This document shows, piece by piece, positions 9,499 through 18,700 of a DNA stretch of 43,649 nucleotides. Under the pieces are notes generated by a model, which had not been told where the DNA came from, did not search any database, and saw only the letters and a program-made list of their open reading frames with translations. Made by a program: the position numbers and the translations under genes. The stretch comes from Pseudobdellovibrionaceae bacterium. Lineage in GTDB: Bacteria > Bdellovibrionota > Bdellovibrionia > Bdellovibrionales > Bdellovibrionaceae. Numbering within the stretch: position 1 is the first letter of the stretch; every line of letters starts with the position of its first letter. The stretch is from positions 1 through 43,649 of the forward strand of contig JBDHWW010000025.1 of NCBI GenBank assembly GCA_039810425.1, given 5' to 3'.

Positions 9499-10662
9499 AT
9501 GATCAAGGCCTTCGTGAGAACACCAGCTCTCCAAGAAAATACTAGAAATGCAGGACTCGATTGGCTCAGAATTGCGGCCATTACGCTGGTTTTCATACGC
9601 CACTATCCTGGTGCTAAATCAGATTCAATTGCTGGTTTTTTCTTCTCTTGGGGTTGGACCGGCGTTGATCTGTTTTTTGTTTTGAGCGGTTTTCTACTTG
9701 GTAGCAAACTATTCAAGCTCGCTCAAAGGAATGACATCACTTTTGGCAGTTTTTACGCTCAGCGCCTTCTCCGTACGGTTCCGGCTTACTATGCGATGGT
9801 TGCCATTTATTTTTCCCTTCCGCAAATTTGGGAGGGAAAAAGCATTCTCCCCCTATGGAGATTCCTTACATTTACTTGCAATTTCAGTATGAACACAACG
9901 CTCTATGGAACTATGACTCAATCCTGGTCTCTGTGCGTAGAGGAGCACTTTTATCTCGTGTTACCGATTTTAATATGGCTTATTTTCCGACTCCGCCTTC
10001 AGCGTCATGTACCTTGGATGCTCTTGGGCCTTCTCCCTATTGCTTGGGCTATTCGACTTCAAGTTTGGCACACCCAAATTGAACCATTACGAAGCACATA
10101 CTCATATTCAGCTTATCTTGAGCATATGTACTTCCCAACATATACCCACTTCGATGGCCTCATCATCGGCGTCCTTCTGGCCTGGATTTCTACACTAAAA
10201 CACAGTTTTTGGGAACGCTTGTTAGCCCTGCACCGATGGATATTTCCAGCTTCTATTTTAACACTCGCTTTAGGTATTTGGCTTATTCAAGATATTGATT
10301 CCTTTTCGGCGTCGTTATTCGCCTATTCAGTTTTTGGCGTGGCCTATGGCGGACTATTGGTAACTTCAATGCGATTACCAAAGCCCATTTTTTTAGGCTC
10401 TATTTTAGAGAAGCTGGCGGACCTAGCCTATTGTATTTATCTAACTCATATTCCTGTGATGTATTTCGCCTACAATCTCTTCACAGAGCAGTTTACCCAA
10501 AGTCCAATCATCTCCCTTCGTCCGTACATCGTCATTCTCTCCGTTCTAAGCGCTTCCTATGCCTTGAGAGCTGCCATCGAAAAACCATTCTTGCGCCTTA
10601 GGCAGCATTTTTACTCACAAAAAAATTTGAAGCAAACACGCCTTGCCGAAGGCTCTATTTAA
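9499..10662 (+). CDS. Acyltransferase family 3 O-acyltransferase
   Basis: GLDWLRIAAITLVFIRH, GWTGVDLFFVLSGF, WSLCVEEHFY, HFDGL, IEKPFLRLR. Start uncertain: ATG 9499 or GTG 9514 (track starts at 9382). Confidence 0.9.
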   Translation: MIKAFVRTPALQENTRNAGLDWLRIAAITLVFIRHYPGAKSDSIAGFFFSWGWTGVDLFFVLSGFLLGSKLFKLAQRNDITFGSFYAQRLLRTVPAYYAMVAIYFSLPQIWEGKSILPLWRFLTFTCNFSMNTTLYGTMTQSWSLCVEEHFYLVLPILIWLIFRLRLQRHVPWMLLGLLPIAWAIRLQVWHTQIEPLRSTYSYSAYLEHMYFPTYTHFDGLIIGVLLAWISTLKHSFWERLLALHRWIFPASILTLALGIWLIQDIDSFSASLFAYSVFGVAYGGLLVTSMRLPKPIFLGSILEKLADLAYCIYLTHIPVMYFAYNLFTEQFTQSPIISLRPYIVILSVLSASYALRAAIEKPFLRLRQHFYSQKNLKQTRLAEGSI

Positions 10663-10773
10663 TCTTTTAAGGTCCCGGTCGAAGTTTAAAAAATCAATTG
10701 AAATGCCCGACGCTCTACTGCACTATACAAAGCCTTACATAGGGCAATTTGACAGGTTTTTCGGAGGTCGAAA

Positions 10774-11832
10774 GTGCTTAATTTTGCGATCGTTGGCTGC
10801 GGCCGAATTTCAAAAAGACATCTTGAACTTTTGGGTCTTAATCAAATCCATGGAGCGAGGCTCGTTGCTGTTTGCGATGTTCAACTCGACAGAGCAAAAA
10901 GTGCCGGAGAGAAGTACAAAGTTCCTGCGTATGAAGATATGAACGAAATGATGACCCGTGAAAAAGTGGATGTCGTCACCGTTTTGACCCCAAGCGGGAT
11001 GCATGCAGAGCATGTCGTCCAACTCGCAAAGCATAAAAAACACATCATTGTCGAAAAACCGATGGCTTTGACTTTGGCGGATGCTGATCGCATGATTAAA
11101 GCTTGCAAAGATAATGGCGTTCAGCTTTTTGTCGTGAAACAAAATCGATTCAACGTCCCCGTCGTTAAATTGCGGGAAGAACTCGAAGCCGGTCGTTTTG
11201 GCAAAATGGTTATGGGAACCATTCGTGTTCGCTGGTGCCGTGATCAATCTTACTACGATCAAGACTCTTGGCGCGGAACTTGGGCCTTGGATGGCGGCGT
11301 TTTCACCAATCAGGCTAGTCATCATGTGGACCTACTACAATGGATGATGGGAGATGTTGAGTCAGTATTTGCAAAGGGCGGCACTTATCTCATCAATACC
11401 GAGACTGAAGACACTGGTATTGCGATGATCAAATTTAAGTCTGGCGCCATCGGAGTCATCGAAGCAACGACAGCTGTACGTCCGAAGGATCTCGAAGGAT
11501 CCATCAGCATTTTAGGTGCAGGCGGGACAGTTGAAATCGGCGGTTTTGCCGTTAATCAGATCCGCCATTGGAACTTCTCTCATCCTACCCAAGAAGACCA
11601 AAATGTTATTCAAAATTACTCAGTAAACCCACCTAACGTTTATGGTTATGGCCACAAAGCTTATCTGGATCATGTTGTAGAATGCCTTAATGGTAATTCG
11701 AAACAACCTATTTCTGGTGAAGAAGGCCGAAAGAGCCTTGAGTTAATTCATGCGATTTACGAGTCTATCGAATCGAAAAAAGAAGTATTTTACCCGTTTA
11801 AGTCTCAACACAGCAAGCTAGGCCTCAAGTGA
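10774..11832 (+). CDS. wbpB: Gfo/Idh/MocA oxidoreductase, UDP-GlcNAc(A) 3-dehydrogenase (WbpB/WlbA-like)
   Basis: GCGRIS, TPSGMH, VEKPMAL, VVKQNRFN, WRGTWALDGGVFTNQASHHVDLL, NVYGYGH. Confidence 0.8.
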   Translation: MLNFAIVGCGRISKRHLELLGLNQIHGARLVAVCDVQLDRAKSAGEKYKVPAYEDMNEMMTREKVDVVTVLTPSGMHAEHVVQLAKHKKHIIVEKPMALTLADADRMIKACKDNGVQLFVVKQNRFNVPVVKLREELEAGRFGKMVMGTIRVRWCRDQSYYDQDSWRGTWALDGGVFTNQASHHVDLLQWMMGDVESVFAKGGTYLINTETEDTGIAMIKFKSGAIGVIEATTAVRPKDLEGSISILGAGGTVEIGGFAVNQIRHWNFSHPTQEDQNVIQNYSVNPPNVYGYGHKAYLDHVVECLNGNSKQPISGEEGRKSLELIHAIYESIESKKEVFYPFKSQHSKLGLK

Positions 11833-12419
11833 TTGCGAAGACAGCTATCGTTTACCCCAATGTGAAACTCGGAAAGAACGTTGTCATCGAGGACTTCTGC
11901 ATCATAGGAGCTCCACTTCATGATGGCTCTCAGCCGGAAACAGTAATTGGCGACAACGCTTACTTACGCTCTTTTACGGTGATTTATGCGGGCAACACCA
12001 TCGGTGATAACTTCAAGACCGGCAACAAAGCCAATATCCGCGAGTTCAATAAAATTGGCAACAACGTCAGTATTGGCACTCTCAGCGTTGTCGAACATCA
12101 TATCGTTCTTGAAGACAACGTCCGCATTCACACAAGTGCTTTTGTTCCTGAATTCTCTGTTCTGAAAAAAGGTGCTTGGATTGGCCCTCATGTGGTTCTC
12201 ACGAACGCAAAAGTACCATTGGCACCAAATGCGAAAGAGACACTTCAAGGACCTATCCTCGAAGAAGGTGCGATCGTTGGTGCTAATTCGACTGTTTCTC
12301 CAGGAGTTCACATTGGCCCAAAAACCCTTGTAGGCTCTGGCTCTAACGTTACAAAAGATCTTCCGGCTAACATGATTGCATACGGACATCCCGCGAAACC
12401 TGTCTCTCGAAGGAAGTAA
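11829..12419 (+). CDS. wbpD: Hexapeptide-repeat N-acetyltransferase (WbpD/WlbB-like)
   Basis: Left-handed beta-helix hexapeptide repeats, IGPHVVLTN, VGANST..PGV.IG, VTKD.P; lies between the wbpB-like and wbpE-like genes. Confidence 0.7.
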   Translation: MIAKTAIVYPNVKLGKNVVIEDFCIIGAPLHDGSQPETVIGDNAYLRSFTVIYAGNTIGDNFKTGNKANIREFNKIGNNVSIGTLSVVEHHIVLEDNVRIHTSAFVPEFSVLKKGAWIGPHVVLTNAKVPLAPNAKETLQGPILEEGAIVGANSTVSPGVHIGPKTLVGSGSNVTKDLPANMIAYGHPAKPVSRRK

Positions 12420-12421
12420 CA

Positions 12422-13543
12422 ATGAAAATCCCTCTTATGGACCTACATCGCCAGTATGAGACTCTTCGACCTCAAATCAACACGGCGATTCAGAATATTC
12501 TTGATACGACACAGTTCATTGGCGGCAAAGAAAAGGAACAATTCGAGCAGGAATACGCCCATATGATGGGTACGAAACATTGTGTCGGCGTTGCCAATGG
12601 GACCGATTCTCTTTTCCTGATGCTGAAAACAATGGGAGTCGGTGCGGGCGACGAGGTCGTCGTTCCTGCAAACTCTTTTATTGCTTCTTCTGAAGCCGTA
12701 ACAGCAACTGGTGCGCGCGTGGTTTTCTGCGATGCTCGCGAAGAAGATTTTCTCATCAACCTCGATCATGTCGAAAATCTGCTCGCCAAGAGGTCTAAAA
12801 AATCCGGCGGCAAAATTAAGGCTATCATGCCGGTGCATATTTACGGCCAGATGGTCGATATGCCTCGGCTGATGGACCTTGCTCGCAAGTATGAGGTGTT
12901 GGTTTTAGAAGATTCTGCCCAAGCTCATTTGGCGGAGATCAACGGCGTAAAAGCTGGAGCCTATGGTGACGCCGGTAGTTTCAGTTTCTATCCAGGTAAA
13001 AATCTCGGTGCTTACGGTGATGCTGGTGCCATTATCACGAACAATCCGGATCTTGCCGTCAACCTCAGAAAAATCGCAAACCATGGTCGCATCAGTAAGT
13101 ACGATCATGATATGGAAGGATTCAACTCACGCTTAGATACACTCCAAGCCGCTGTCTTGAGAGTTAAACTGCCACATTTACCTAAATGGACTCAGCTCCG
13201 ACAAGAAAAGGCTGCTTATTACGATAAGCTTCTCACAGGAGCTCCAAACGTGATTTTGCCATTTTCAAAAAAGAACGGCTCGCATGTTTATCATCTCTAT
13301 GTCATTCGCGTTCAAAACCGTGACAAAATTCACGCTGGAATGGAAGCTGCCGGAATCCAAACAGTCATTCACTATCCGAAAGCACTCCACGAACTTGCTG
13401 CCTATAAGTACCTTGGCCACAAACCAGAGGACTTCCCAGTGTCTCATAAACTACAACACGAGATTCTCAGCCTACCATTGTTCCCGGAGATCTTACCAAA
13501 TGAACAGGAATTTGTTGTAGAGACGTTGAAAAAGCTCTTGTAA
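12422..13543 (+). CDS. wbpE: DegT/DnrJ/EryC1/StrS aminotransferase (WbpE/WlbC-like, C3 amination)
   Basis: VANGTD, PVHIYGQ, EDSAQAH, FSFYPGKNLGAYGDAG, NSRLDTLQAA. Confidence 0.75.
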   Translation: MKIPLMDLHRQYETLRPQINTAIQNILDTTQFIGGKEKEQFEQEYAHMMGTKHCVGVANGTDSLFLMLKTMGVGAGDEVVVPANSFIASSEAVTATGARVVFCDAREEDFLINLDHVENLLAKRSKKSGGKIKAIMPVHIYGQMVDMPRLMDLARKYEVLVLEDSAQAHLAEINGVKAGAYGDAGSFSFYPGKNLGAYGDAGAIITNNPDLAVNLRKIANHGRISKYDHDMEGFNSRLDTLQAAVLRVKLPHLPKWTQLRQEKAAYYDKLLTGAPNVILPFSKKNGSHVYHLYVIRVQNRDKIHAGMEAAGIQTVIHYPKALHELAAYKYLGHKPEDFPVSHKLQHEILSLPLFPEILPNEQEFVVETLKKLL

Positions 13544-13544
13544 T

Positions 13545-15224
13545 ATGAATAAAAAGTTTGGGTCATGGTCATTCTGTGGAGCAATTGGAATTTTTGTTAT
13601 CTACCTGTTCCATTACCTCATAATGGGCCAAGACCTTTATATACCGATCCACGACAACTTTGATTCGGGACATTCTTGGCTCACACTATTTGCAAAGCAC
13701 TCGAATTGGCTCGGAGAGCGCGACTCATATCTATTAACCCATTACTGGATGCTACCATCCTCTTCTTATCCCCCATCAACGAGCATAATTACTTGGACTT
13801 ACCGCATTTTTACGCCGTTAGTTGCATACCTGTTCAATGTCATTTTAGTCCACACCATCGCATTTTTCGGCGCGTTCTCGCTTATTAAGAGTCACCTTAC
13901 AAAGAACGAGACATTTTTTAATCAAAAAATCGCTCCATGGATTTCCCTTTGCTATGCAATTCTGCCTTATTCTATTTTTATGACGGCATCCATCGCAGGT
14001 ATTCCTCTATTTTTCTCTGCCTTTTTAAGTATTCGCAAAGGCGAGAAGAATATTGCCAATTGGATGCTCCTAATCACATTACCGTTTTATAGTTCTCTGG
14101 CACTCAGCTATATTTACGTTCTACCTTTTATCTTTGGATTGTTAGTGTACGACACGATAAAACATCGACAAATTGTGTATTCTTTTTGGGCGCTAAGCCT
14201 AGCATCCATTGCTTTTTTGGTTTCTGAAAGTTCTATTCTTTTTAATTTTCTTCTCGACTCCAGCTTTTCATCACATCGAACTGAGTTTGTACGCCAAGCT
14301 CTTACGCTAAAAGAAAGTATTCTGATTTTCGCAAAGCTATTTATATTAGGGCACTACCACTCCCCCCCTAAGCACACCCTCACTCTCATAGTTCTTTTTT
14401 TAACTGGCGCATGGTCTCTAGTAAAATATCGTCGTTTATTGTTAGACCGTAGCATGGTCTATTTGACTTCCACCATTGTAGCCATTTGTCTTTTTGGCGG
14501 CTTCCTTCGCTATCAGCCAATTTATGATCTTATTGGTCAAAGTACTCTTTTTAGAGTTTTCAATTTCGAACGGCTCTACATTCTCCTGCCTTTCCTATGG
14601 CTTATTATTTTCTGCAAGCTTTGCCACTTCCTATCGCAAAGACAAAAGCATGGAGCCTTGACACTTTTTCTAGTAATTCAAACAGGATATCACATTTCAC
14701 AAATTGACACTCTCACAGCGTATCGCGAGACAAGAATCACATATCGCCAGTTCTTGGCGGAACCACTCTTCCAAAAAATTAAAGAACACCTAAACAAAGA
14801 AAACCGACCCTACAAAACTGTGAGCGTTGGCTTAGAGCCAGCTATCACCATTTTTAATGACTTGCCTGCAGTTGATTTTTATACCGTCAATTACGATATA
14901 AAATACAAACATCAGTTCCGCAGCCTGATAGAGGCCGAACTCGACAAAAGTGATTCCCTAAAAAAATACTTTGACCATTGGGGAAGCCGAGTCTATTTCT
15001 ATTCCGCAGAGCTGTTCGATAACTGCTTCACCCTTTGCGTGAACCCTCGTGATACAGTTGCACATATAAGCCTTACACAAGCTGGTGTCGACTTTCTAAA
15101 AAACACTTATATCATATCAGCGGTTTCTCTAGAAAATTCTAATCTGGAACATATAGAAACCTTTACAGATTTACACCTACCGTGGACAATCCGTATCTAT
15201 AGGGTTCCTGAGCATGGAAATTAG
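13545..15224 (+). CDS. Polytopic membrane protein, DUF6044-like, putative GT-C fold glycosyltransferase
   Basis: One TM, then IPIHDNFDS acidic loop, about 12 TMs, SSHRTEF, FNFERLY, and a soluble C-terminal domain with YK..FR.LI..EL...YFDHWGSRVY. Family assignment is from memory. Confidence 0.6.
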   Translation: MNKKFGSWSFCGAIGIFVIYLFHYLIMGQDLYIPIHDNFDSGHSWLTLFAKHSNWLGERDSYLLTHYWMLPSSSYPPSTSIITWTYRIFTPLVAYLFNVILVHTIAFFGAFSLIKSHLTKNETFFNQKIAPWISLCYAILPYSIFMTASIAGIPLFFSAFLSIRKGEKNIANWMLLITLPFYSSLALSYIYVLPFIFGLLVYDTIKHRQIVYSFWALSLASIAFLVSESSILFNFLLDSSFSSHRTEFVRQALTLKESILIFAKLFILGHYHSPPKHTLTLIVLFLTGAWSLVKYRRLLLDRSMVYLTSTIVAICLFGGFLRYQPIYDLIGQSTLFRVFNFERLYILLPFLWLIIFCKLCHFLSQRQKHGALTLFLVIQTGYHISQIDTLTAYRETRITYRQFLAEPLFQKIKEHLNKENRPYKTVSVGLEPAITIFNDLPAVDFYTVNYDIKYKHQFRSLIEAELDKSDSLKKYFDHWGSRVYFYSAELFDNCFTLCVNPRDTVAHISLTQAGVDFLKNTYIISAVSLENSNLEHIETFTDLHLPWTIRIYRVPEHGN

Positions 15225-17019
15225 TTCTCTTTTCGACATTGTTTTACTTTTTTTGACGACGCTATTATTGGGAGTTTTCCCAATCTATTTAGTCTTAAAA
15301 AAATTCATCTCCAGCCATCGTAAAACTCTTATAGTCTCTATTGGACTTAGTCCTTTTTTGTTTTCATTTGCGCTAGGTCTGACCAAACTATTGCAGTTGA
15401 ATAGCCGCTGGATTTTAATTCCTTTAATACTTTTCTCCTCCATTACTTTTTATACTAAAGGAAAAAACTCCTTTATTTCCCTCAGATCCGTTATCTCAAA
15501 CAATGTCCAAAGAATTTTAACTAGCGCTCTACTGGCTACACTTTCATGGTCGTATTTCAACGTGCCGAGTATTCTCAAAGGCAATGCCTATGTCGATCAA
15601 GTTTGGAATCTCGCGCTTTCACAAGAATTTTTGAGATCCATTCCACCTCAATATCCTATGTGGAAAGACGCCTCTTTTCATTTTATCTATCATTATGTTG
15701 TCAATGTTTATTGGGCAGGGGTCTCTGCTACAACGGGCATAGAGATCCTTGATATCATATTCAAATACTCTTCGCTAATATCTTGGTTCTATTTCATTTT
15801 GGTGCTGACACTTGTTGCGCGCAACAAATCTACTTTTCAATTTATATTTGTTTTTGCGCTTTCATTTTTCCTATTTCCGAATTTAGAATGGTCTCCTGTT
15901 CGTTCCTACTTGTTACACATATCTTCTTGCGCTTCGAACTTCTTGTGGGGCCTTCCAATTTTCGCAAGCTTTTGGACCTTGTGGCAGGTTATTGCACAAA
16001 AACGGTTTAAAGATCTTAAGAAACAAAAATTTACGCCTCTTTATATCGTTCCGAACTTTGCCCTTACATTTGCTTTATCATTCGTGAAGGGCACTTTTGG
16101 CATTGCGATTTTGGTTTTTGAAATCACGTTTTTGATTGTAAAAAGAAAAGTATTATTTGACATAATACGAACTAAAGGCGGGGCGCTAAAAATCGGGATC
16201 TTTGCCTTAACATCTCTAGCTTTACCAATGGGTGTTTTGTTAGCGTCTAAATGTATGCCCGGAACAGCAGCTATTATTACCGAAGGAGAACAAATTCTCA
16301 GAAACAAGTATTCAGGCATGGTCAACGGTTCATCAGTATCTCTAGTTATTTTTCTGATTGCTTTCGTTTTACTAGTTTCTCAAGCACAAAAAATCCGTAG
16401 TATCTTTACTTTATCACTTCCTATATTTGTTGCGGCTCATCTTAGCCTGTACCTACTTCTGACACATGCAACATTTTCGGAATACTATTTCATATTTAAT
16501 ATTTTTATACTGAATATGTACATTCTGGTTTCGACTTCTTTCGACACCCTTAAAAAATTTATCATGCCTGCCTGCCTGATGGTTTTGGTGTTTTGCATTG
16601 TCTATCCTGGAACTTTCAAAGTCGGATCTTTGATCTCGATTCCACAAATTCCTATCTCCACGATCGAAGCTGTTAAATACACCGATAGTTCCTACACCAC
16701 GCTAGCAGAAATAGGTCTGCAGGTCCCGGAAAACGATTGGGTTTGGATGCCTTCGACTAACTGTAAGAACTTAAAAGCAAGTGCAGCACTAAATCGCCGT
16801 ATTTTTTCTGAGTGTCCATATTTAACGACTCCACAATCTACAAAAAATATAGAAATAGAAAATTTACTAACCTCAGGCTCAACAACCCAATGCGCACCTC
16901 TCCTTAGAAATTTTGACGTAAGATATGTTATTCTTAAGCGAGATGAGTCTATGAAATGCATAGATACTAAATTCATTAATCAAAACTCAAATTATACCCT
17001 TTATGAAATTAAAGATTAA
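15214..17019 (+). CDS. Polytopic membrane protein, putative GT-C-like transferase
   Basis: About 14 hydrophobic segments; extracytoplasmic loop YVDQVWNLAL..E....PPQYP.....FIYHY; soluble C-terminal tail with VRYVIL; 11-bp overlap with the upstream gene. Confidence 0.5.
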   Translation: MEISSLFDIVLLFLTTLLLGVFPIYLVLKKFISSHRKTLIVSIGLSPFLFSFALGLTKLLQLNSRWILIPLILFSSITFYTKGKNSFISLRSVISNNVQRILTSALLATLSWSYFNVPSILKGNAYVDQVWNLALSQEFLRSIPPQYPMWKDASFHFIYHYVVNVYWAGVSATTGIEILDIIFKYSSLISWFYFILVLTLVARNKSTFQFIFVFALSFFLFPNLEWSPVRSYLLHISSCASNFLWGLPIFASFWTLWQVIAQKRFKDLKKQKFTPLYIVPNFALTFALSFVKGTFGIAILVFEITFLIVKRKVLFDIIRTKGGALKIGIFALTSLALPMGVLLASKCMPGTAAIITEGEQILRNKYSGMVNGSSVSLVIFLIAFVLLVSQAQKIRSIFTLSLPIFVAAHLSLYLLLTHATFSEYYFIFNIFILNMYILVSTSFDTLKKFIMPACLMVLVFCIVYPGTFKVGSLISIPQIPISTIEAVKYTDSSYTTLAEIGLQVPENDWVWMPSTNCKNLKASAALNRRIFSECPYLTTPQSTKNIEIENLLTSGSTTQCAPLLRNFDVRYVILKRDESMKCIDTKFINQNSNYTLYEIKD

Positions 17020-17740
17020 CCTTCCAATTTTTATAGCGACTTCAATTTTGATCATTGCTAGTCAGCTCCACTTCTGGAACGGAAAAGTATTTTCAATGCT
17101 TGAAAAGTTCCATTTTTCTACCCTTAGAGATGTAAGCTCTTTCGGACTATTATTCCTCTTTGTGATAGTCATGAAACGATTGTGCGATGCTGAAGTTAGA
17201 TTTAAAAAGGATTTCTATCTTAGTATTTTAGGTCTCATAGTTGTTAGCGTATCAACAACTGGCATGATCTTCTTGGCGAACCTTAAAATACGTAGTCACG
17301 ACAGCGCCATTGAGCACATTTCTGTCGAATTCATTCCAAAAAATAAAACCGTAAATATTGTTAAAATGTACAACGAATACTTTGTTAATTTACGGATCAA
17401 TAACCAAAGCGAATCAATTGTCGACACGAAACTCCCGTGGTTTCAGACTTATATCTATGCCTTGAATCTGAATTGGTACAAAGATTGTGATTTAAGCAAG
17501 AAACCACATAAGGTTACGCCAATCGCATTTACACCCAAGATTACTCCCAGCAGATCTGGTATCATGGAAATACCCATTGACTATAGAAATATTGAAAACG
17601 GAACTTACTGCATTAAGCCCGAGATGACCGAGATTCCAACCGCCAACTCAAACACAGCGGCTCAAAGCAGCCGTCAATATGACTCCATATTGACAGTTAA
17701 AATGAACATACACAATTTTGAAGTTCATAAAGAGAATTAA
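17003..17740 (+). CDS. Hypothetical membrane protein (3 TM plus a beta-rich, Ig-like C-terminal domain)
   Basis: 245-aa ORF overlapping the upstream gene; three hydrophobic segments followed by alternating beta-strand patterns. Confidence 0.6.
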   Translation: MKLKINLPIFIATSILIIASQLHFWNGKVFSMLEKFHFSTLRDVSSFGLLFLFVIVMKRLCDAEVRFKKDFYLSILGLIVVSVSTTGMIFLANLKIRSHDSAIEHISVEFIPKNKTVNIVKMYNEYFVNLRINNQSESIVDTKLPWFQTYIYALNLNWYKDCDLSKKPHKVTPIAFTPKITPSRSGIMEIPIDYRNIENGTYCIKPEMTEIPTANSNTAAQSSRQYDSILTVKMNIHNFEVHKEN

Positions 17741-17741
17741 T

Positions 17742-18698
17742 TTAAACTTCGTCCTTCACATCAAAGTTCAACTTTTCTTCAACAAATACGAGTGGGTGAT
17801 TTTTTACGTGAACGAAAACTCCCCCAACGTACTCCCCGATCATACCAATAAAAAACAACTGAACCGCGGAAAAGAAAAACATACCAATGATTAGTGGTGC
17901 CAAACCAAGCTGAAAAGAGTCCCAATAGAGCAGTTTTCTTACCAGATACACCAGGGCAATCAAAAGACTTAGGCCACTTAAAAAAAGTCCTGCAATGGTT
18001 GCCAGTCGGATAGGAGCTTTAGAGTAGTTCACAAACCCCAACAAGGCATAATCCAACAAGCTAAAGAAGTTATTGGAAGACTTCCCTCGTGTCCTTGGCG
18101 GTTGAATAAACTCAACCTCAGCCCACTTACTGCCGATTTCACTGAGCATTCCACGGACATATGGGTTTGGATCTGGCATAGAACGAAGCGCACTAATCAC
18201 ACTTTGATCATACAAACCAAATCCAGTAAAATTAGGAATTTGAACCACTCCGCCTTCCGAAAATTTACCCATAAGAAAGTAGTAAAGATTACGACAGGTA
18301 CGGATTATAAAGCTACTCTGAACATTGTTCGCACGGCGAGCAACAACCATATTGAAGCCTTCTTCCCATTTCGCCAAGAACTGAGGAATTAACTCCGGTG
18401 GATCTTGTAAATCAGAGACCATTGCGATCACGGCGTCGCCCTTGGCCTGCAACAAAGCATAGGCCCCTGAGCGATTCACACCGAAATTACGGTTGTTTAG
18501 AATAACTTTGATCCTTTTGTTCTTCTTTGCAAGACCACGTAAAATATCTCTCGTACCATCACTTGAAAAGTTATCGATTAATATTTGCTCATAACTATAC
18601 TGAGGAAGAGCTGCGAAAACTTTTTGAATTCTTTCACAAAGCTCTTCAATATTTCCCGCTTCATTATAACAACCTGATACAATAGTAACTTTTTTCAT
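17742..18698 (-). CDS. GT2 polyprenol-phosphate glycosyltransferase, GtrB/ArnC-like
   Basis: IVSGCYNEAGNI, NNRNFG, SDLQDPPELIP, R..GKS, two C-terminal TMs, IGMIGEYVG, HPLVFVEE. Confidence 0.9.
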   Translation of the reverse strand: MKKVTIVSGCYNEAGNIEELCERIQKVFAALPQYSYEQILIDNFSSDGTRDILRGLAKKNKRIKVILNNRNFGVNRSGAYALLQAKGDAVIAMVSDLQDPPELIPQFLAKWEEGFNMVVARRANNVQSSFIIRTCRNLYYFLMGKFSEGGVVQIPNFTGFGLYDQSVISALRSMPDPNPYVRGMLSEIGSKWAEVEFIQPPRTRGKSSNNFFSLLDYALLGFVNYSKAPIRLATIAGLFLSGLSLLIALVYLVRKLLYWDSFQLGLAPLIIGMFFFSAVQLFFIGMIGEYVGGVFVHVKNHPLVFVEEKLNFDVKDEV

Positions 18699-18700
18699 TT

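Noticed and set aside
9470..10712. Sigma28-like CCGA boxes upstream of the AT3 gene and wbpB
   Set aside because: Matches to TAAA-N15-GCCGATAA are too degenerate to call by eye
10774..13543. GnnA/GnnB for diamino-glucose lipid A
   Set aside because: The intervening acetyltransferase and absence of lpx genes favour a WbpB/D/E-type role; not fully excluded
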